DNA from: Basidiobolus meristosporus CBS 931.73
Taxonomy: Eukaryota > Fungi > Basidiobolomycota
Assembly (NCBI GenBank): GCA_002104905.1
Contig: MCFE01000501.1
Location: 1,914-65,913 of the forward strand
Reading direction: 5' to 3'
DNA: 64,000 nucleotides
Shown here: piece by piece, positions 1-11,290 of the stretch
How positions within the stretch are numbered: position 1 is the stretch's first letter
Layout of the letters: each line of letters opens with the position of its first letter
Program-made: the position numbers and the translations under genes
The notes under the pieces: model-generated
Database searches by the model: none
What the model saw: the letters and a program-made list of their open reading frames with translations, nothing else
Told to the model about the DNA's origin: nothing

Positions 1-341
1 ATCAGGAAAAGTATTTAAGGGAAAGCAATCCCTCATCAATAAATCATCCCTTCTATCAGTAACACTTCTCCCTTATTGATTAGCAGTTGATCACTGCACC
101 TGCCTTCAACAGTACATCTCAGACCTGCCATCAAGGAGCTTTTCAAGGTAGTGCACAAGACACACAGAGGCCTTTGGAGACACTTGGAGCACCTAGGAAG
201 CTAGAGAAGCAGGAGCTTTTACCATAGTGACATATTGACAAAGACACCAGCAGTTTAGACACAGAGGTTATCGCACCCATCAGACACCTCACACACCTTG
301 AGTTGTGTAGCTTCTCCCAGGAGTACCTCTACACCACCACA
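1..341 (+). mobile_element. 3' part of an LTR (family 1b, related to the 1065-bp family-1 LTR), inserted into an older gypsy pol
   Basis: TATA-like gtatttaagg and AATAAA at 39-44. It ends ...tacaccaccaca like the family-1 LTRs. A homologous minus-strand fragment lies at ~24388-24532. Confidence 0.7.
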
Positions 342-827
342 CCAGTTGACTAGCACATTGGGCCCTCCAACTAGAAGAATAAAGCTTCAAATAATTCATT
401 GCAATGGCAAGAAACAACAGGATGCTGACTTCCTCAGTTGCTATCCTGTTTGCCAAGTATGCATCAGCAATGACTACAAGGACATAATCTGCTTTAAAAG
501 AAGAGGGAAGTACCCCAAACACATTGTTACAAACAAGCAGAAGAGAGACTTTCAAAGAAAATGGTGTCAGTACAAAGCACAAGAAAACCAATTATGGTTC
601 CTCCAAGGACAGCTCAGAGCTGAGGTACCCTCAGCAACTGCCTTCAAAGAAATAATACAAGAAAGACATATGTCAGTAGGACACGCTAATCCCCTGATGA
701 CGTATAAGATGTTAAGAAAGACATTTTACTGAAGAAAAATAATGACTAACATCATGAATATGTTACACAGATGTTCCACCTGCAAAAGATCAACCAGAGA
801 TAGAAGATAGAGACAACCACACCAATA
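342..827 (+). pseudogene. Older Ty3/gypsy pol remnant, part 1 (end of RNase H and integrase H2C2 zinc-binding region)
   Basis: IIHCNGKKQQDADFLS (RH end) and RHMSVGH...RCSTC (H2C2). The frame continues across the insertion as TTTPIP|LDLPFHQVGIDFVGP at 7984+. Confidence 0.75.
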
Positions 828-831
828 CCGC

Positions 832-1896
832 TGTAGCGGGGTGACAGTGACACCCACTGACAGATGTGCTCATTCCCTTATTTTCTACTTCCCTACATCT
901 CTACTACACTTATTTTAGTTTTGTCCCATTTGTCTTACCCAATCAGTACTATCCCATAAGCCGGTTGACTATCACACCTGCTTACCTTATTGCATAAGTT
1001 ACTCCTCACTTTGTGTAAGATTACTAGCTATAAGTGCTTCTATATAAGGCAAGTACCCACGCCAGTACCTGTGACACATGACCAACCTGTGTTACCATCA
1101 TTTCCATACCATATATGGTATCCACATGTTACACAGGCTTCAGAATACTGATTCCTGATTGGTTGGATGTGCTGTGCCTCTTAGAACCTTCCGGCACCTA
1201 CTTAGAACATTCTTAGGTCATTCTGATGTCATTAAGATTTCTATTGATATCCAGAACCTTCTGGAACACCATGATTAGTAACCACTTAGCCAGTAAGAAA
1301 AGTATATAAGGGAGGCTATCCCTCAACAATAAATCATCATCCCTTTTATCAATATATCAACTTGTTGATTAGTGTGATCACTGCTACCTGCTGCTACCTG
1401 AACTTCCAACCCCAGACCACATGACACTCCCAGGAAACCATGCTGACAGCCAACTGACCTTGGAGGCGCTACTTGTGAGGAATACTCAGAGTAGGTATCT
1501 TTTGTTATATTTGATTCTTTCCCAAGGTTGTTCTTGTACAGGCAAAGATACTTTTCTGTCTTTGTAACTATTGACCACAGCTACATTCTTATCAAGTCCC
1601 TGCTGGTGGAGTTTACAGTTGTTTTGACTTTGGAAGCTATAGTACATTGTCATCTCAAAGGATGCTGAACCCAGCACATACTTTTGTTAAGATGCCAACT
1701 AAGTTGGGGATTGTAGCTCAATAGTTTTCCCTTGACAAGCTTGTGGCTTTATTCCCCTTCACATTAGATTAGAGACAGAACCCAAGTATTCCTAGCAGGC
1801 TTTTGCCAGAGGTTATTGCACCCAGTGAACACCCCACACACAAAACACTTGAGAAGTGTTGGATGTATCTCTCCCTTAGACTTATACACCACCACA
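832..1896 (+). repeat. 5' LTR of element 1 (family 1)
   Basis: Direct repeat of 6919-7983, with TATA gtatataag ~1302 and AATAAA ~1328. Confidence 0.95.
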
Positions 1897-1900
1897 TATT

Positions 1901-1918
1901 TGGCACCCAACATGGGGG
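1901..1918 (+). promoter_or_regulatory. Primer-binding site, tRNA-Lys(CUU)-type
   Basis: TGGCACCCAACATGGGGG equals the canonical tRNA-Lys1,2 PBS TGGCGCCCAACGTGGGG with both CpGs changed to CpA. It lies 4 nt after the LTR. Confidence 0.75.
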
Positions 1919-2036
1919 GTTCATACAAGCTCCCTAGGACCCAACAAGATTTACCTGAAGATTTGAGCCGTTATCCACTTATTGAAAAGAGACTACCAAT
2001 ATTATCAAGACTACAACACCAACCTACCTGCCCAAA

Positions 2037-5000
2037 ATGAATTCAATGCCATTACCACTCTCACATGGAGCCCCACAGTTTGATGGAAAGAATGTGGAAA
2101 GCTTCATATTCAAATGGGAGAAGCTCTGCAAGATGTGCAGCCTAATTGAAAAAGAAATGGCTGAAGACTTCCCCTACTACTGCACCAATGATATTACCAC
2201 TAAGCTTCTCAGACAAGGAGACATTCTCACTGACTGGGCCTTAATGAAGACCTACCTACAGACCAAGTATGGTAGACCCCAGATATACTATGGAATTGAA
2301 GACCTCAGACACTTTGGAAGAACTGGACTTTCCAAGCTACCACTTTCAACAATATGAAGATATGGCCAAGCTACTCCTAGAGTCCCAGGCTATAACTGAG
2401 TTTACCATGACACTTTACCTTGCACAAGGGCTTCCCCAGGACTTGGCAAGTAAAGTTGACTTACATGCAGCCAAGGATGACAAGTCTGGCACTCCTTGCT
2501 TTGCAGAGATGAAACATGTTCTCCTAGAGGCAAAGCAAACTTCTACCTTCATGAGACTCCTGACATCTAATCTGCCAGACCAGTCAACCAAGGAGCCAAG
2601 GAGTGCTGCTGCTGACAATCAAACCTACACTTCCGACAGAATTGACCAACTTGCTGAATAGCTACAAAAGCTAGCCCTCAAGATTAATGGCTCAGCTGAG
2701 GTTGCTACTGAGGGCCAAAGACCTTTGCCCAGGCACTGCATCTGGTGTTACTCTACTCAGCATGCCAGATGAGAATGCTCAGAGCTTAGTCAGCTACTCA
2801 GAGAAGGAGCAGTATAGTTTGATACTGATGGAATGCTTGCTGACAAGGAAGGAAGAAGAATTCCCACTAATTTCTGAAGAGGAGGGATGAGAGCCCTTTT
2901 CCAGAAATCTGACTCAGCAACAAGAAAGATTACTGTTGATGCCCCTATTGGGACTCATAAAGTGAATCCAAGCAGCCCTGACAACAGACAATACAAAGTG
3001 GATGCCTTTGCTGCCAAAAGACATCTCCCTGAAGAACCTGCCAAACCCATCCTTAGAAGACCATAATTTGAAGAGCCTGAAGTTGTTATTGACAAGAGGC
3101 CTAGTATGCTGCCCACCCAAGATCCATTGCCTCACTTTCAGATGACTTCAAAGATAGCAAGCTACTCAAGCCCTCAACTGATCACTGAGAAGCTGCTGAA
3201 GCAGAACCTCACTTTGCTGGTTGGAGAAATCATGAGTGTATCCACATCTATTAGGAAGACCTTTGATGAGCAGCTCAGAACAAGACAACAAGCTGTTGAA
3301 CATATGGACACCCATATAATTCAGACAAACCATGAAGACCACCTAAAAGACAACAACACTACTGAATATAAGACCTTTTACTCAGTTGCAACTGCTGTGG
3401 TGAAAGGGTATATATATGATGACCCTGTTGACTGGCATATTGACAGTGGCTCAGAGATTTGTGCTATGCCACTAGACTTCTGGAAGACACTTAGAAGCAA
3501 GGAGCTACTACCTGTTGATAGAGATATTGGATGGAACATGACTGATGCAAACTCAGGATCTAGTCCACTCTACAGTGTAGTGGACAAATTCCCTATTGAG
3601 GTACAAGGAATCAAGGTCTGGCTTCCCCTCTTCATCTGCCAGAAGGCAAACTTTGACCTTCTGCTTGGTAGACCATGGGAAACCAGTACTAAGCCTACAA
3701 CCACCAACTATTGCAATGGGTTAGTATGGTACACCATACAAGGATCCAACCCAGGACTACAGTCAATCTTCTGTGGTGTAACACCCAACAATAAGAGGAC
3801 ACATACTGCTTGCCAGAAGACACATCTTGCTATGGAAGAAGATGAGGAGCCTGGCAATATACACCCCAACATTTGGAGCTGCTCATTAGGTATACAGGAG
3901 CAGACAGCTATGGTTTGGACTAAATACAAGACAGTAGAACAGAAGATTAGACCATCACTTACCCCTTTGACTGATGGATCTTGACCTGCTGATTACATTA
4001 GACTACCAGAAGAAACACCAGAAAATATGCAACTTAGACCTGAGAGACTTAATCAACCTATCATTGGTGATGGAAACCTTACACCAGAGGAGATACTACT
4101 ATTTGAAGAAACCTTGAAAAGGCATGATAAGGTTTTCTCATATGACAACAAGGAGATGTGGCTCTTAAAGACATTGGTTGAAAAACCCATCAAGATTCAT
4201 ACAGTGCCCCACACACCCTGGTCATTTAAGCCTTACCCACTGCCCAGAGGACTCCAAGCTGATGTGCATGACCTACTCAAGAAGAAGATAGAAGCTGGTA
4301 TCCTAGAACCTTGCCATGGACCCTATGCTAACAGATGGTTTGTGACCAAAAAGAAGAATGGAAAGCTCCAATTCATTCAAGACATGCAACCTGCAAATGC
4401 TGTCACTATCAGAGAAGCTGCTATACCTCCATCTATTGATGACTTTGCAGAAAGCTTTAGTGGTCACTCCATCTATTCAACAAACAATCTCTACTCAGGA
4501 TATGACCAGATCCCCCTTGATGAGACATCAAGAGATATGTTTGCACTACAGACACCATTTGGACTTTTAAGGATGACAAGACTCAGCCAAGGGGCTACAA
4601 ACTCCGTGGCTCAGTTTCAGAGATGCATGGTGAGTGTGCTATACCAGTTTATACCTGAGAAACTTGCTGTCTTTGTTGATGACATAGGCATCAAAGGACC
4701 AAAAACCTGGGACACCATTGAAGTCATGCCTGGAGTAAGAAAGTTTGTCTATGATCATATTTCAGACAATGATCCCATATTAGGAGCCATAGAAGAAGCT
4801 GGACTCACCATCAGTGGTGAGAAAAGCAGCTTTGGTGTATCAGAGATATCCATTGTTGGACAAAAATGCAACACCTTTGGGTGTTCACCTGGAGACTCCA
4901 AGACACAAAAGATATACAACTGGCCTACCCCCACAAATCTAACATAAGCTTGTGGCTTTGTGGCAGCTTGTGGGTTCTTTAGGATCTGGATCCCAAGATT

Positions 5001-6879
5001 TTCTGAGATAGCAGAACCAATCTACCAACTACAGAGAAAGAATACCCCATTTATCTGGGGAGAAGAGCAAGAAGAAGCCATGCAATTACTGAAAGAGGCC
5101 TTAGTATCTCCACCAGTTCTAAGACCTCTTGACTATCAAAACATTGAATGCCCACCTATTTTGACAGTGGATGCAAGCCCTATAGGAGCTGGAGCACTAC
5201 TTGGACAAGATGATGAAGATGGCAACTGCTATGCCTGCAGATATGAGAGCTGCCTATTCTCTCCTAGAGAGCAAAGGTACTCACAGATTAAGAGAGAGCT
5301 ACTGGGAGTTGTGAAGATGCTGAGGAAGCTGAAGTCACAACTCTACATGACACATTGTATCCTGGAGACAGATGCCAAGTCACTTTTAGGAATGATCAAC
5401 AAGCCTGACCTACCTGATGATGCCACAAACCAATGGATGGCATGGCTGAAAATGTTTGACTTTGAGGTCAAACATATCCCTGGCAAGACAAATGTTGTGG
5501 CTGATGCACTCTCCAGGAAGGGACCACAATTATTTGAAGACTTGGACCCTCACTTTGATGATATTATTGATGCAGAGATCCAACAGATTGCCATCAAAGA
5601 CCAAGAGAGAACTACCTGGAGTCTGATCAAGGAATATCTAAGGACACTTCAGAAACCTAGTTGGATGGAAATTCAGGAGTTTAGAAAACTCAGGAAGAAG
5701 GCACACCACTACTATCTTAAAGATGATCTTCTCTTTAAGCAAGTGAAGCCTGGACTTATGCCAAGAAGAGTAGTCACTACCCCTCAAGAGCAACTAAACA
5801 TCATGACAAGTATCCACCTAGGAGAACCAGGAGGACATAGAGGACAAGAAGCCCCCTACAATACCACAGCTCAGAGGTACTACTGGGAAAACATGTACCA
5901 TGATATCCAACACTTTGTTGAGTCATGTGTAGCCTGCCAGAAGAGATCCTCCCAGCATTATGAAGAACCACTGCATCCTACTTACACAATCTGTCTATGG
6001 CAAAAGGTTGGTATTGACCTTGTCCACATGCCAACAGCTGGATCAAAAAAGTACCTGATTGTTACTAGAAATGACCTTAGTGGATGGGCAGAGGCTCAAG
6101 CCTTGCCCAACAACAAGAGCCATACCATATGGTGATTTATACTTGAAGACATCATCTGCAGATTTGACTGCATCCAATAGTTTGTTGCTGTCCAAGGAGA
6201 GATGACTTCCCAAATGATCTAGGAGTTGTGCTCAAAGTACAAGATACACATTGCTTTTACAACAGCTTACCACCCTCAAGCCAATGGAATGATAGAGAGA
6301 GGACATGGACCATTGGTGAACTCTCTTGTCAAGGCCTGTGAGAATAACACAACACTGTGGCCACAACAATTACATCTTGCACTCTGGGCAGATAGAATTA
6401 CTTCCAAGAGAACAACTGGATTATTGCCATTCAAACTACTCTATGGACATGACTGCAAACTACCAGTTGAGTTAAACACAGTCACTTGGAGCTCATTGAA
6501 TTGGAGATCCAATATGCAGACTGAAGACCTCCTTGCAAGTTGCATACAGCAACATGATCACCATGACTTGAATATCAGCAGAGCTGCTGAACAACTTAAG
6601 GATACATGATTGAAGGACAAGGTGTCCTTTGACAAATCACACCCAACAAGACCAAAACCACTATCACTAGGAGACCCAGTATTACTCTATGATTCTACCT
6701 TGGACAAGCAATGGAGTTGGAAGCTTGACAACAAATGGACTGGTCCCTACCTCATTTCCAAAGTAATTGGAAATGGAAGTTATTACATATCTGAGCTTGA
6801 CAACACCCAGTTGAGAGCACCACTTGCTGGAAACCAACTTAAGTTATTCAAGCATAGGAATTTTGCACATCAAGATTAG
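2037..6879 (+). pseudogene. gag-pol of element 1, with several stops and frameshifts
   Basis: Protease HIDSGSEI; RT LSQGATNS...FVDDIG; RNase H VDAS...ELLG...ETDAKSL; integrase H-H-C-C, GIDLV and AYHPQANGMIERGH. No chromodomain seen. Confidence 0.92.
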
Positions 6880-6904
6880 TTTGCTTTGACCCAAGTTCAA
6901 AGCT

Positions 6905-6918
6905 GAGAGGGGGGTGGA
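6905..6918 (+). promoter_or_regulatory. Polypurine tract of element 1
   Basis: gagaggggggtgga immediately before the 3' LTR TG. Confidence 0.85.
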
Positions 6919-7983
6919 TGTCGTGGGGTGACAGTGACACCCACTGACAGATGTGCTCATTCCCTTATTTTCTACTTCCCTACATCTCTACTACACTTGA
7001 TTTAGTTTTATCCCATTTGTCTTACCCAATCAGTACTATCCCATAAGCCGGTTGACTATCACACCTGCTTACCTTATTGCATAAGTTACTCCTCACTTTG
7101 TGTAAGATTACTAGCTATAAGTGCTTCTATATAAGGCAAGTACCCACGCCAGTACCTGTGACACATGACCAACCTGTGTTACCATCATTTCCATACCATA
7201 TATGGTATCCACATGTTACACAGGCTTCAGAATACTGATTCCTGATTGGTTGGATGTGCTGTGCCTCTTAGAACCTTCCGGCACCTACTTAGAACATTCT
7301 TAGGTCATTCTGATGTCATTAAGATTTCTATTGATATCCAGAACCTTCTGGAACACCATGATTAGTAACCACTTAGCCAGTAAGAAAAGTATATAAGGGA
7401 GGCTATCCCTCAACAATAAATCATCATCCCTTTTATCAATATATCAACTTGTTGATTAGTGTGATCACTGCTACCTGCTGCTACCTGAACTTCCAACCCC
7501 AGACCACATGACACTCCCAGGAAACCATGCTGACAGCCAACTGACCTTGGAGGCGCTACTTGTGAGGAATACTCAGAGTAGGTATCTTTTGTTATATTTG
7601 ATTCTTTCCCAAGTTTGTTCTTGTACAGGCAAAGATACTTTTCTGTCTTTGTAACTATTGACCACAGCTGCATTCTTATCAAGTCCCTGCTGGTGGAGTT
7701 TACAGTTGTTTTGACTTTGGAAGCTTTAGTACATTGTCATCTCAAAGGATGCTGAGCCCAGCACATACTTTTGTTAAGATGCCAACTAAGTTGGGGATTG
7801 CAGCTCAATAGTTTTCCCTTGACAAGCTTGTGGCTTTATTCCCCTTCACATTAGATTAGAGACAGAACCCAAGTATTCCTAGCAGGCTTTTGCTAGAGGT
7901 TATTGCACCCAGTGAGCACCCCACACACAAAACACTTGAGAAGTGTTGGATGTATCTCTCCCTTGGACTTATACACCACCACA
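6919..7983 (+). repeat. 3' LTR of element 1
   Basis: About 99% identical to 832-1896. Confidence 0.95.
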
Positions 7984-8830
7984 CCGCTTGACCTACCCTT
8001 CCACCAGGTAGGGATTGACTTTGTTGGCCCCTTCACAAAATCAAGGAAAGGAGAAAAATACATAATAATTGCTACTGATTATTCCCCAAAGTGGATAGAA
8101 ACCCCAGCCATTCAAAATAAATATCAGAAGACAACCGCACAATTTATTGTAGAACACATCATCTGTTGGCACAGATATCCTCAGATACTCCTGTCCAGCA
8201 ATGGTGGTTCCATCTTGAATGACATCATGGCCCATTTGTGCAAAATGATGGGCATGAAACAGGTCTTCATGGCTGCATATCACCCCCAGACCAATGGATT
8301 AACCAAGAGGATGAGCCAGATGTGTTGCCACATGCTAGAGAAGCTTCACTGGGAACTTCCCCAGTTGTGGGCTGAGCTTCTCCCACTGACACTTCTAGCA
8401 ATTTGTACAATACCAAATAAAAAGAAAGGTTTCTCCCTGTACAAAGCTCTTTATGGACAAAGGCCCAAGTGGTGTGAAGAAGCTGGAATGACAACAAAAG
8501 GTGTCCCCTTGACAACACATCACAACTATGTAGAAAGGCTGATACACCATATTGCCCACCTATACATAAAAGTTTTTGAAAATGTTGACAAGCACATTCC
8601 CCCTTCACCCAAAAATGAGAAACTAATGGGACAAAAGTGGAAACCAGGCAATAATGTGTAGTACAACTAAACCATTCCAGGCCTCAAGTTTTACCCACAA
8701 TTTACACCCTGATGGATTGGCCCTTGCACTGTTATTAGTTTGGACCACAGGCCAAAGTACACCATCACCCTGAACAATAAGACAATCAGCAATTTAGTGC
8801 CAGCCCATCTGAAACCAAAGTGTGGTTAAA
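7984..8830 (+). pseudogene. Older gypsy pol remnant, part 2 (integrase core)
   Basis: VGIDFVGP...IIATDY...WIE...SSNGGS...AYHPQTNGLTKR. Confidence 0.85.
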
Positions 8831-8960
8831 CAATTATCAGGACAAGGATAGAGGAAGACACGGGATACATATAAAGTTTATTAGAGGAAATTTTAGTTGA
8901 TATAGGTACAAATGACATGCATGAGGAGGTTTGCCTAAAAGGGGGAATAAAAGAACACAT

Positions 8961-10124
8961 ATGGAAAGCACCAGAGGAAACAGTTCACCTGAAACTGGTG
9001 ATACCCCTCCCACCAGCAAGAACCAAGATGATATCAAACACAAGACCAACCTGCAAGTGTTGAGAGATATGGTATGAGCACTACGTGCAACAAGAGCCAC
9101 CTATGAAGAGTTGTTTGCTGGAGCAATCTTGTTGATACAAGACACCATCAGAGAGGGACAAGACAAGTTATCCACACCAATACAAAGTATGGAGATACTA
9201 ACCAAAAAGACCTTGTACCACCTGAGAGGAGGTTCCTTGATCATTAAGGAGAAGGACACTGCACTGGTTCCTGTATCCATACTGGACACAGTCAGACAGA
9301 AGACGCAAGGAATCAACTGTTGCACCCTCACAAGGCCTTAAGAGCCCCCCTGTTTTGTTGCATACTTGCCATTAATAGGTACCATGGTTGTTGAGGTATA
9401 TGCAGACCTGGTTCAAGCCACAAGAGCACCAGAAGTAGAACTCCCATTTGAAGGACTCCTCCAAGAAATTTGCAAACATCTCAAAAGGCATTTCCAAGAA
9501 GGAACTATCCTATAAAAGATACACAAACAGACTAAATACACTGGCCAGTTAACCCATGCAATCCACTGAGCTGCTGTGTTACAACTATTACAGTGGTTTA
9601 CCATAGGACAGCGCAGGAACCAGTACAAGGTCCAACTCTAAGAAGCCAAAGAAGCCACCATGGACTCTGTAGAGACCATGAGGAAAGTGCAAAAGCGCCT
9701 CAATTGTGCCACAATTTCTACAGACAAGCCACAATACATCTTGGAAGAAGCAACAACTTGTTATTGACAATGGGTGACTGCCAGCCAAGTGTATACCCTC
9801 TTCAAAAGGTCCCCCAACATCATATTGAGCACAACAATGGCAAGCCCTAACAACAAATGCAAGATAAAGAAGCAAGACATTATTGCATTATTGCATCTCT
9901 TCTAGTTCTCCAACCCTCCTGGGGAACCTGCCCAGAACCCTATGGTATGCCAACTGTTTGGCTTTGTGAAAAACATCCCTTGAGCAACACAAGCCACACC
10001 CCACTCTGCTGTCAAATGGTATCAGGTACTTGCCTGCAACCCCCTCACAAGTGACAATCAGAAATGGTACTATGGTGACTCCCCATGCTCTGTAAACAAA
10101 ATCAACCCTGGAGAAGTAAGTTAG
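8961..10124 (+). pseudogene. Decayed extra ORF (~390 codons) between the integrase and the putative 3' LTR of the older element
   Basis: MESTRG...(TGA)ALRATRATYEELFAGAILLIQDT..., then after one frameshift LRAPCFVAYLPLIG...GEVS*. It is interrupted only by sparse TGA/TAA/TAG stops. Confidence 0.5.
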
Positions 10125-10168
10125 TCAAAGAACTTTGAGGACAAAGCTCCCTCTTAACCCCTGGGATA

Positions 10169-10564
10169 TGTGAGTACTAAATGTGTTACCCACACTTTGC
10201 CCAGGAGTTCTCCCCAGAGTCATACCTGAAGTCCCCCAGTACTGTGCCTATGATTCCCCTATGCATCCTCCCTCCTATTCCTGCCCTCATCTAGTTAGAA
10301 CATCTACAATAATAGGAAGATGTTCACACCCCTATCTTATAGCACATTGTCTATGATCTCAGCCCCCCCAAGTGATATATATATATATATATCCAATTGA
10401 ACAAAGTGAGGGAACAAGAAGATTTGGACAGAATAAACACAGGTCTTTATTACCTTGCTACCTTCTATTGGAAGCTATTCTGAACCAAGTGGTATTGGCT
10501 TGACCTACAAGCTCTCCCACTCACCAAGTACAGTCAGTAATAACCCACAGTGGGTACACCCACA
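10169..10564 (+). mobile_element. Putative 3' LTR of the older gypsy element
   Basis: Preceded by the gypsy-type ctttgaggacaaagct. Runs TGTGAGTAC...GTACACCCACA with a (TA)n run and AATAAA. No second copy in the window. Confidence 0.5.
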
Positions 10565-10679
10565 TATTCCATCTCATCTACCAGCAGGGTAACTCTGTTA
10601 ATTCAATTTTTGATTCTATTGCTGGCTGCATTTTTGTAGTAAAGAACTTTGTCTCAGATACATTTTCTTAGCACATGTA

Positions 10680-11290
10680 CATGACTGGTAGGTGTCTTCT
10701 AGTGCCTTTCAGGCATTCTTTTCTGTTTTTGCTCTTGAGCATTGAATTAGCAATTTGTCTTTGACATTGAGGCAAATGCGGTTAAAGGCACTTTGTTCTC
10801 TCTTCTGGTACTTCAAGGCTTCCTCTCCCATGTGCTTATTAGGGTATTTTTCTCCCATGACAATATCCCAAAGGCTTTTTTCTTGTAGCAGCATCTTCAT
10901 CATCACCTTCCACACAGGGTAGTTAAAACCAACCAACTTTTTGACAGTGAGGAAAATTCCATTAATAGCAGTAGTATGCATTGCAGAGAGTGACAGCTTG
11001 AGACTCATAACTTGTTGTAAGAGTCCTGGAGATATTGAAAGTAACTGGGAGAACCAATAGATTATGTGGTTTTCACTTAATGATCTATTGAGTGTAAAAG
11101 TAGTGTTTATACTTTTACATGGTCTTGACATAACAATCACATTGAATATATTCAGAAAGGTCTCAAGAACATGTGTGCAAAGTTTGGGTCTGCTTGGATA
11201 ACTTAGAGAATTTTATGTTCTGGGTGCCTGGTATTTTGGTAAGCCAGAATATCCAATGAAGGAATCTGGCACATTGAGACATATGGGATC
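10680..11290 (-). mobile_element. Ty1/copia remnant: part of the LTR, a decayed PBS and the gag N-terminus
   Basis: KLVGFNYPVWKVMMKMLLQEKSLWDIV...AFNRICLNVKD is the copia gag N-terminal signature. Homologous to 56191-56689 and 22741-23442. Confidence 0.8.

Larger units (their letters stand above)
832..7983 (+). mobile_element. Full-length, decayed Ty3/gypsy LTR retrotransposon (element 1)
   Basis: Two 1065-bp LTRs (TG...CA) with about 13 mismatches by eye, a 4-bp TSD CCGC (828-831 / 7984-7987), a PBS, a PPT, and domain order gag-PR-RT-RH-IN. Confidence 0.95.

Noticed and set aside
7410-7682. Recurrent antisense ORF in family-1 LTRs (also 1486-1677, 15474-15872, 20651-20929)
   Set aside because: It recurs only because the LTR is repeated. 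Its length varies by stops and it has no recognisable domain.
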